Shown here: one piece after another, positions 54,473 to 61,252 of the stretch
Position numbering within the stretch: the first letter of the stretch is position 1
Layout of the letters: each line of letters opens with the position of its first letter
IMG/VR virus record: IMGVR_UViG_3300024310_000009
Location: 1-61,252 of that record
Length of the DNA: 61,252 nucleotides
DNA from: a virus
Taxonomy: Duplodnaviria > Caudoviricetes
Direction: 5' to 3' (one strand)
Notes under the pieces: model-generated
Database searches by the model: none
The model's input: the letters and a program-made list of their open reading frames with translations, nothing else
What the model was told of the DNA's origin: nothing
Translations under genes and position numbers: made by a program

Positions 54473-55439
54473 CGTTGTGAAGGTCGAGGTTCTGGAGCGA
54501 GTCATCATCCAGGGAGACCTCGCGAAGTTGAGCCCCGAAGACAAGGTCCGCTATTACGCGGAGGTCTGCAACAGCCTCGGCCTGAATCCGGCCACGAGGC
54601 CATTTGAGTACATCACGCTCTCCGGCCGCCTGGTCCTGTACGCTCGCAAGGACTGTACCGAGCAGCTGCGGCGACTGCACAACGTCAGCATCACGATCAC
54701 GGCGCGCGAACGGCTCGACGGGATCTATGCCGTAACGGCGCGGGCCGTGCTGCCGTCGGGGCGAACGGACGAGGCTATCGGCGCCGTCTCGATCGAGGGG
54801 CTGAAGGGTGACGCCCTCGCCAATGCTCTGATGAAGGCCGAGACCAAGAGCAAACGGCGGGTCACTCTCAGTATCTGTGGCCTGGGCATGCTCGATGAAA
54901 CCGAGGTGGAGACGATCGAGTCTTCCGTGACCCCGGCGCCGGCGCAGCCTGCGCCGTCTCGGCCTGCCCTGCCGCACACCGAGAAACCGCAAGCTTCGGC
55001 TTCGGCGCCATCACCGGGCGCCGTCCTCAGCGACTGGCTCGACAAGCAAGGAGCGGCCGCCGAAAAGGCGGGCGTGTGCAGTGCGGTGGAACTGCGGGCG
55101 CAGGTGGTGCGCGAGGTGGGGGCGTCGGGGCCGATGGTGGCCTGGTCGCAGACGCAGTGCGACCGGGCGTACCCCATCGCCCGCACCTATGCCGCGTTTT
55201 GCAAGACGCGGAAGGAAGCGGAGGCGATGCAGGCCGAGCCCGAGGCCGTTGAGGAGTACGGACAGAAGCAGATCGAGGAACTCGGCATCCTCCTCGGCCA
55301 GGCCGGCATCAAGTGGGCAGACGCCTGCAAGAGGTACAACCTGCCGGCGAAACAGAACCTCGAAAAGCTCACCGTGGAGCAGTACCGGACGGTGCGCGCG
55401 GCTCTCCTGACGGAGTTGGAGCCGCAGGCCGTTGCGTGA
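54465..55439 (+). CDS. Single-strand annealing/recombination protein (RecT/Bet-like)
   Basis: LGLNP..LYA..MKAETKSKRR.TL. Confidence 0.65.
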   Translation: MSDVVKVEVLERVIIQGDLAKLSPEDKVRYYAEVCNSLGLNPATRPFEYITLSGRLVLYARKDCTEQLRRLHNVSITITARERLDGIYAVTARAVLPSGRTDEAIGAVSIEGLKGDALANALMKAETKSKRRVTLSICGLGMLDETEVETIESSVTPAPAQPAPSRPALPHTEKPQASASAPSPGAVLSDWLDKQGAAAEKAGVCSAVELRAQVVREVGASGPMVAWSQTQCDRAYPIARTYAAFCKTRKEAEAMQAEPEAVEEYGQKQIEELGILLGQAGIKWADACKRYNLPAKQNLEKLTVEQYRTVRAALLTELEPQAVA

Positions 55440-55470
55440 TTTGCACCCGAGAAAGGAGGTGCGGTACATT
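55440..55470 (+). promoter_or_regulatory. Promoter (TTTGCACCCGA family) upstream of primase
   Basis: TTGCAC-N18-TACATT. Confidence 0.65.
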
Positions 55471-55649
55471 ACCGACCCTGACCTTTCGCTGAGGTCGGAC
55501 AGGAGCACGGAGAACCGAAACCGAAACACCCCGATCAATCCCTCGCTGCCGCGCGAATCATCTCCGTGCGCCGCCGGCCAGCACAGCGAGAGGGGTTGGT
55601 TCGGGGTTCCTTTTTCCGCCAAGGCCGGCGGCTTGCGGGACGGCTTCCG

Positions 55650-57851
55650 ATGCACATTCACGAGTTCCTGACCCGTCTCCAGTGCGTCCGCGAGGAGACG
55701 AACGGCTATCGGGCATGTTGCCCTTCTCACGATGACAAGCACTCGTCGTTGAGCGTTCGGCAGACCGACGACGGCAAGATCCTCGTCAACTGTCACGCCA
55801 ACCAGGGTTGCACATCGAAGTCTATTTGCCAGGCACTCGGACTGACCGAACGTGCCCTATTCCTCAACGAGCAGACCAACGGCCACGGCGGCAACGGTAC
55901 GGGCAAACCGCCGCGATCCGAAATCGTCAATGCCTACGACTACAAGGACGAGGCCGGCTGCGTTCGTTTCCAGACCGTGCGGTTTCATCCGAAGGACTTT
56001 CGGCAAAGGAGACCTGATGGTAAGGGTGGCTGGATCTGGAACCTCGGCGGGGTGTCCTTGCTGCTCTACCGTTTGCCGGAACTGCTCAACGCTTCCCCTG
56101 ACCAGACGGTATTCGTCGTCGAGGGAGAAAAGGACGTCGATAAACTCCGCATGCACGGGCTCGTCGCGACGTGCAATCCGATGGGTGCCGGCAAGTGGAA
56201 GGCGTGCTTCAACGAGGCGTTGCGGGGCCGCACGGTTATCATCCTGCCCGACAACGACGATCCTGGCGGCAAACACGGCGACCAGGTTGCTTGCAACCTG
56301 CGCGGCGTTGCCGCCAAAGTGGCAATCCTTGCTCTGCCCGACCTGCCCTTGAAGGGAGACGTGAGCGATTGGCTGGCGCATGGCGGCACCGTTGAGCAGT
56401 TACAGCAGATGGTAGCCGACGTGCTGGGTAAGATTCCATCTGGCGAGACTCGCTCAACGCAGGGCAAGACTCCGCGACTGATTCCAGAGTACCAGTCTTT
56501 TCCGACAGAGGTATTGCCGTCGCCGTTGCGAGAACTTGTCGCAGAGGGTTCGGCTGCCCTGTACTGCGATGCCGCAATGATCTCTCTGCCCGCGCTTTCG
56601 CTCAGTGCTGCCTGCATCGGCAATACCAGACGTATTCAGCTCAAGCGGTCCTGGCTGGAGCCGCCCATTCTCTGGACGATGATCGTCGCCGAGAGCGGTT
56701 CCGGCAAATCGCCAGCCCTGGAACTGGTGCGGGAACCGATCGAGAAAATCGAGCGAGAACGCCGCGAGGCTCACCGCATCGCCCTGGCGAAATATCAGGC
56801 GGCTCAGGGAGCGTGGAAGAAGGGCGACCCGCTGCCGGAAAAGCCCGTCATGGAACAGATCCTCGTGCAGGATGTGACTGCCGAATCAGTAGCTCTAATG
56901 CTCCAGGAAAACCCGCGCGGATTGCTCCTCTGCAAGGATGAGTTGCGCGGCTGGATCAACGGTTTCACTCGCTACCAGCAAAAAGGACAGACCTCCATCG
57001 ACGTCTGGCTGGAGGTGTATCACGGCCGAGTCCTGCGCGTGAACCGCAAAACCGGCGACGACCGCGCCATCTATGTTCCGCGAGCCAGCGTCTCGGTATC
57101 CGGCACAATCCAGCCGGGCACCCTGACGCGCCTCCTCGACGGTGACCATTACGACTCCGGCTTCGTGGCTCGCTTTGATCTGGCCGCGCCGCCAGAGTGC
57201 CTGAAGGAGTGGAGCGATGCCACGGTTTCGATGGAGACCTCAGAGGCGTACCAGGTGCTTGCCGAGCGTCTGCTGGCTCTCCTGCCCGGCAAGGATGCCA
57301 GCGGCAAGGACCAACCGTACCGGCTCTCCTTCTCCGATGATGCGCGCCAGTTATGGGTGTCCTTCTATGCCGAATGGGCGAGCAAGCAGTACCTCACCGT
57401 CGGTGCTCGCAAGGCCGCCCTTGCCAAACTGGAAGCCGTTGCCGCCCGGTTGGCTCTGATCTTCCACTGCGTCACTCACGCCCATGCGGGGACGGATGAC
57501 CGCTGCCCTGTTGATAGGGCCAGTCTGGAATCAGCCCTTGTCGTGACTCGCTGGTTCGCTCAGGAGTCCGAAAGAGTTTACGCGATCCTCTCTGAGTCCG
57601 ACGAGGCGAAGGACCATCGCACCCTTCTGGAAGTGATTCGGCGGCACGGCGGCTCGATCCGGTCGCGCCAGCTTCGCGACGCTCTCCGCAAACGATTCCC
57701 GCGCACCGAGGATGCCGAGGCTGCGTTGTCGTTTCTGGTCGAGGAGGGTTTTGGGAATTGGGAGGGTTTTGGGAATGGCAGCAAGGGTGGAAGGCCCACC
57801 AGAGCCTTTGTTCTCCATCCCGAAACCGAACCCGAAAACCCCGAAACCTAA
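55650..57851 (+). CDS. Primase-helicase (Zn finger + TOPRIM + DUF3987-like ATPase)
   Basis: CPSHDD..C..GC; EGEKD, PDND..G, KGDVSDW; AESGSGKS, KDEL, GFVARF. Confidence 0.88.
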   Translation: MHIHEFLTRLQCVREETNGYRACCPSHDDKHSSLSVRQTDDGKILVNCHANQGCTSKSICQALGLTERALFLNEQTNGHGGNGTGKPPRSEIVNAYDYKDEAGCVRFQTVRFHPKDFRQRRPDGKGGWIWNLGGVSLLLYRLPELLNASPDQTVFVVEGEKDVDKLRMHGLVATCNPMGAGKWKACFNEALRGRTVIILPDNDDPGGKHGDQVACNLRGVAAKVAILALPDLPLKGDVSDWLAHGGTVEQLQQMVADVLGKIPSGETRSTQGKTPRLIPEYQSFPTEVLPSPLRELVAEGSAALYCDAAMISLPALSLSAACIGNTRRIQLKRSWLEPPILWTMIVAESGSGKSPALELVREPIEKIERERREAHRIALAKYQAAQGAWKKGDPLPEKPVMEQILVQDVTAESVALMLQENPRGLLLCKDELRGWINGFTRYQQKGQTSIDVWLEVYHGRVLRVNRKTGDDRAIYVPRASVSVSGTIQPGTLTRLLDGDHYDSGFVARFDLAAPPECLKEWSDATVSMETSEAYQVLAERLLALLPGKDASGKDQPYRLSFSDDARQLWVSFYAEWASKQYLTVGARKAALAKLEAVAARLALIFHCVTHAHAGTDDRCPVDRASLESALVVTRWFAQESERVYAILSESDEAKDHRTLLEVIRRHGGSIRSRQLRDALRKRFPRTEDAEAALSFLVEEGFGNWEGFGNGSKGGRPTRAFVLHPETEPENPET

Positions 57852-57947
57852 CTCAAATGGCTTTTTCGCGAGGTTTTGGGTTTTGGGAAAAAGATTCTGC
57901 GGGCGACTGAAGCCGCACGAAAAATTTCATTCCCAAAACCCAAAACC
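57743..57947. repeat. Iteron-like repeats, candidate replication origin
   Basis: GGAGGGTTTTGGGAAT x2, CCGAAA(A)CC runs, perfect 18-bp inverted repeat 57872-89/57930-47. Confidence 0.65.
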
Positions 57948-57969
57948 CACCGGAGAGGAGTAACTCCAG

Positions 57970-58392
57970 ATGTACATCATAAACGACTACCCGCAAATCG
58001 TGGCTCACTTCGACGCACTGAAACAGCGCAAGCACTGGTGCTTCCTCGGCGCTGGGGATGAAGGGCACGGGGTGATTGGTGAGTTCTCGCTCGTGCTTGC
58101 CGGTGCCGGTGTTTCGCCGGAAGGAGTGTGCGCGGGGCAGTTCGGTTTCGTCATCGAGCGCACTGGCCTGTCCAGGCGGGTTAGTTTTCTGAGCGTGCCA
58201 AAGAAGAGCCTGGACCTCGCCTTGCTCTTGTTGCTACTCGCCGCGACCGGCCGCGTTGCTGTCCCGGACGACTCTCAAGACCTGATCATGATGAGCCCGG
58301 TAGAGGACGTGGAACTCTGCCCGGTTGTCGGGTTCCTCGCTTCTCTCGACAACGGCAGTTTGCACCTGAACCCAGACCCCGAACAAAACTGA
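57970..58392 (+). CDS. Hypothetical protein
   Basis: GAGGAG RBS. Confidence 0.55.
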   Translation: MYIINDYPQIVAHFDALKQRKHWCFLGAGDEGHGVIGEFSLVLAGAGVSPEGVCAGQFGFVIERTGLSRRVSFLSVPKKSLDLALLLLLLAATGRVAVPDDSQDLIMMSPVEDVELCPVVGFLASLDNGSLHLNPDPEQN

Positions 58393-58408
58393 CACCAAAG
58401 GAGACGAC

Positions 58409-58921
58409 ATGCCGAACTTTCGCCAGGCCGACAAGCAAGCGTTCACCCTCGTTGAGTCGCTCATCGAGGACCACTACGAGGAGCTGCGTGACGCCGAAGT
58501 CAAAATCGGCATCCTCTTCGCCTACCCCACGTCGGGCGCCGGCCCCTGCCTCAAGAACGCCGGCCACGCTGTTGCGGCCAAGGTAAGGGTGGTGAGCCAC
58601 AAGGACCGGGTGGCCGGCCTGGAGGATGCTCAGATCCTCGTGGACGGCAACGCCTGGGAGGGCTGGAGCGAGGAACGTAGAGCTGCGGTGCTTGACGGCA
58701 GGCTCTGTGCCCTGGAGGTGCTGAAGGACGATGAGGGCGTTGTCCTCGAAGACGACTGCTCCCGGCCACGGTTGAAGGTGAAGCCGCACGACTTCGTTCT
58801 GGAAGGCTTCGCTGAGATAGCCGAGCGGTACGGTGAGGAGAGTTTGGAAGTCAGCACGGCGCGGGCGATCACGGATGAGTTTGGGCAGATGTTGTTCCCG
58901 TGGGTAACTCTGGAAGGTTGA
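58409..58921 (+). CDS. Phage metallopeptidase-like protein with degenerate HExxH
   Basis: W..R.AVLD-GRLCA, PHD..F..RYG. Confidence 0.6.
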   Translation: MPNFRQADKQAFTLVESLIEDHYEELRDAEVKIGILFAYPTSGAGPCLKNAGHAVAAKVRVVSHKDRVAGLEDAQILVDGNAWEGWSEERRAAVLDGRLCALEVLKDDEGVVLEDDCSRPRLKVKPHDFVLEGFAEIAERYGEESLEVSTARAITDEFGQMLFPWVTLEG

Positions 58922-58925
58922 ACGA

Positions 58926-59918
58926 ATGCCGCAACTACCGCTGCGTCGTGAGACAAACGAGCCTCATGACCGGCGGTCCGACCAGACCAACGGCAAGGTG
59001 CAGGTGGTGTACTTCATCGCCGTAACTACCCCTGGAACAGACGAGCCGGTCATCAGGATCGGCCAGACGAAGGATCACGTCAAGCGATTCAAGGATCATG
59101 CCAAGTCCAAGCATAACGTCACTTTTAACGTGACACCGCTTTGCATGGTCCGTGCGACCACGGCAGACGAGGGACAGTTACACGACTACTTCGCCGCACA
59201 CAAGATCCCCCAAACTGACGACAGGGAGACCTTCCACTCGCACAAGGACATTGTTGACTACGTTCGCTGGCTGCGAGACCAATACTTCGTCTGGGTGCCG
59301 GACTGCGACCAGTGCCCCGAAGACGTTGGCGAGTTGCCGCTGGTGGACTCCTCGCTATGGATGCCGAATTCCGAGCGGAGGAAGCCGGCGCCAGCCCAGG
59401 TGAACCTGTTCAGCGACTTCGGCCCTCTGAACCTCCCGCCGCGTGAAATTACCATCGACGATTTCTACACGTCGGAAGCGATCATCAAAGCGGCAAGAGC
59501 CGCGATGGGTGGGCTCGACCTGGACCCGGCCTCTCATGCCGTGGCAAACACGGTGGTTCAGGCGAAGCGGTTCTACACAGTTCACGACGACGGCTTGCGG
59601 CAGAACTGGAAAGGTCGCGTCTGGCTCAATCCGCCGTTCAGTCAGTGGGAAAAGTGGGTGCCGAAGATCATCGGCGAATGGCAGAGCCATCGCGTTGAGG
59701 CGATGTGTGTCCTGTGCGCCACGCGCACCTTGACGGCTCAATACTTTGCACCCATCCACCAGCACTCGGCGGCGCTGTGCATCTTCCGTGGGCGAATCAA
59801 GTTCTGGGGCGGACGTGCCGGTGCGCCGGATGAGGGGCATGTGGTCTTCTACTTCGGCAACGACGTGGAGCGGTTTACTGCTGCGTTTGCCGACATTGGT
59901 TTTGTGACGCGGAGGTAA
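58926..59918 (+). CDS. GIY-YIG-like domain fused to phage Dam-type N6-adenine methyltransferase
   Basis: VYFI..IRIGQT..R..H; YT..DLDPAS, DGL..W.GRVWLNPPFS. Confidence 0.8.
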   Translation: MPQLPLRRETNEPHDRRSDQTNGKVQVVYFIAVTTPGTDEPVIRIGQTKDHVKRFKDHAKSKHNVTFNVTPLCMVRATTADEGQLHDYFAAHKIPQTDDRETFHSHKDIVDYVRWLRDQYFVWVPDCDQCPEDVGELPLVDSSLWMPNSERRKPAPAQVNLFSDFGPLNLPPREITIDDFYTSEAIIKAARAAMGGLDLDPASHAVANTVVQAKRFYTVHDDGLRQNWKGRVWLNPPFSQWEKWVPKIIGEWQSHRVEAMCVLCATRTLTAQYFAPIHQHSAALCIFRGRIKFWGGRAGAPDEGHVVFYFGNDVERFTAAFADIGFVTRR

Positions 59919-60275
59919 CTGTGGACTCCACCGTCGACCTCGCCCTGTCCACTCACCGCCCTGACGTGGCGGTGCAGCTGGTGTCTGTCGTGGCGTTCGA
60001 CGGGCGGCTCGTGGTCGTGCCGACGGTGGAGTTTGAGGAGACGTGCCGCATTCTCCGCGAGTGGAACGAGGGTGTCAGGGAGAGGGCTGAGAAGAAGGGG
60101 AGGAAGGGATGATCGAAGAGGTGACGTTTCGTTTGGACCGCGTCACGATTATCGCCAGGCCAGAAGAGAACAGGGTCATCGTGATCGCGCGAGGTGGCGG
60201 CAAAGCAACCCTGGAATTGACGTTCGTGGAGATGATGGGCGTACTCGAACGTCTGGCTGCAGAAAAGAAGGGGAC

Positions 60276-60545
60276 ATGAGCGACACCGAGCACCTCTCCT
60301 GGTCCTACGATCCGCGTGTCGAGATGCACTTGACAGGCACCTCCACAGACGGGGCCGCCGTGGGTTACAACTCGACACGCCTGCACTACTGCCGCGTCGT
60401 CCACGGTGACAGGGCAGGGGACTGGGACTACTACGAGAGCACCGAGGACGCGATGCGAGCCGCGGAGATAGTGCTGGTGCAGCTGCGGGAGCCGGTGGAA
60501 GAGAAGGTCGTGGGGCCACCGATCAGCGAGGCCAACCCGTGGTGA
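60276..60545 (+). CDS. Hypothetical protein
   Basis: AAGGGG RBS. Confidence 0.5.
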   Translation: MSDTEHLSWSYDPRVEMHLTGTSTDGAAVGYNSTRLHYCRVVHGDRAGDWDYYESTEDAMRAAEIVLVQLREPVEEKVVGPPISEANPW

Positions 60546-61018
60546 GACAGGCATACCCAGACCGAAACAGACCGCCTTACCTCGTGACGGGGCACGAGCA
60601 GGAGTACGCCTTCCTGAACGCCATCGCGGCCGAGCCACATGTAAGTGACCATCGCCTCGTGTTTGCTGACTGGCTGGAGGAGAACGCGAACATCGAGGAA
60701 CCGCTTACCAGTGTCGTGATTGAGTTTCATCGGGATTGGGTACGGCTGCATCGCTTCCCGGCTCCCAGGACCGAGCGAAACAGTCGGGATCGTTGGCTCT
60801 GGTATCGCCACTCGCGGCACATAGAAGGTGTCGGTTTTGCGGCTGGCGACCTACTTCGTCCTGACCTGTTTGACAACCTTGCGGCTGGAGCGCTCTGGAG
60901 CGGTAACAGAGGGGTTCGCCGTGCCTACACCACCCCACAGAAAGCCGAGGAAGACCTGCGATTAGCGTACCTGCGACGGGCGGGGTTGCTGGCGATGCAA
61001 AAAAGTGGTGAGTCGTGA
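60539..61018 (+). CDS. TIGR02996-like domain protein
   Basis: EYAFLNAIAAEPHVSDHRLVFADWLEEN; DLF..L..Y.T...A C-terminus like 5927-6943. Confidence 0.7.
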   Translation: MVRQAYPDRNRPPYLVTGHEQEYAFLNAIAAEPHVSDHRLVFADWLEENANIEEPLTSVVIEFHRDWVRLHRFPAPRTERNSRDRWLWYRHSRHIEGVGFAAGDLLRPDLFDNLAAGALWSGNRGVRRAYTTPQKAEEDLRLAYLRRAGLLAMQKSGES

Positions 61019-61046
61019 CCCCAGGGGACAGTGCGCGCCCAGGTGA

Positions 61047-61207
61047 ACGCCACGGAAGGTTTCGTCGGTCTCCTGTAAGGAGACACCCTCTACACTCGCG
61101 CGCGCAAACACTGAACCTTCTCTTACCCCCACCAAGAGAAGAGAGAGATAGAGAGAGTAATACTGTGTATAAGGTACAAAAGTACAGACTAACAAGGTAA
61201 CACCGTG
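61047..61207 (+). promoter_or_regulatory. AG-rich non-coding element, copy B (continues into 1-103 on the circle)
   Basis: Shares ordered blocks with 5198-5359. Confidence 0.55.
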
Positions 61208-61252
61208 GCAGAACTCTCTGATTACGAATCACGACCGAATCCGACGTGGTTT
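61104..61252 (+). repeat. Terminal overlap copy 2
   Basis: Matches 1-148. Confidence 0.95.

Larger units (their letters stand above)
1..61252. mobile_element. Complete temperate tailed bacteriophage genome (circular assembly), probable Planctomycetota host
   Basis: Terminase, portal, protease, capsid, tail, integrase and primase modules; terminal overlap; Planctomycete-type gene families. Confidence 0.93.

Overview
The window is an apparently complete, circularly permuted genome of a temperate tailed phage. Bases 1-148 recur at 61104-61252 with one homopolymer indel. It has an HK97-type head and a short-tape-measure, siphovirus-like tail. The host is probably a Planctomycete (Gemmataceae-like), inferred from TIGR02996-type domains, an MTExEWL-family gene and a PNQxRH-type tyrosine integrase. 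Gene order: terminases; an accessory insert; portal, MuF and prohead protease; two tandem major capsid paralogues; decoration and glycosyltransferase genes; neck and tail; an atypical lysis region; secreted CxxCH proteins; RHH/XRE regulators; integrase/excisionase; early genes; SSAP; primase-helicase with ori-like repeats; DNA MTase. The main discovery is a head 'cargo polyprotein' system. The portal, the ORF after it and the prohead protease carry effector-like domains (zincin peptidase, GNAT, membrane hairpin, very acidic domains). Each is introduced by a Lys-rich linker and a recurring short tag (FFGxCDRDxEGHCKP, DWEEGKHPRxDxGKFGSG, KRFRNR, or a copy of the capsid N-arm). A small acidic ORF with its own RBS is nested out of frame right after the GNAT domain. 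Other notable signals: a conserved TTTGMACCCGA-N14-TANNNT promoter family, several members apparently leaderless; two tRNA-like structured elements; an amber codon inside a holin-like gene next to a matrixin protease; and repeated duplication of RBS/start regions around inserted genes. All functional calls come from motif recognition by eye; no searches were run.
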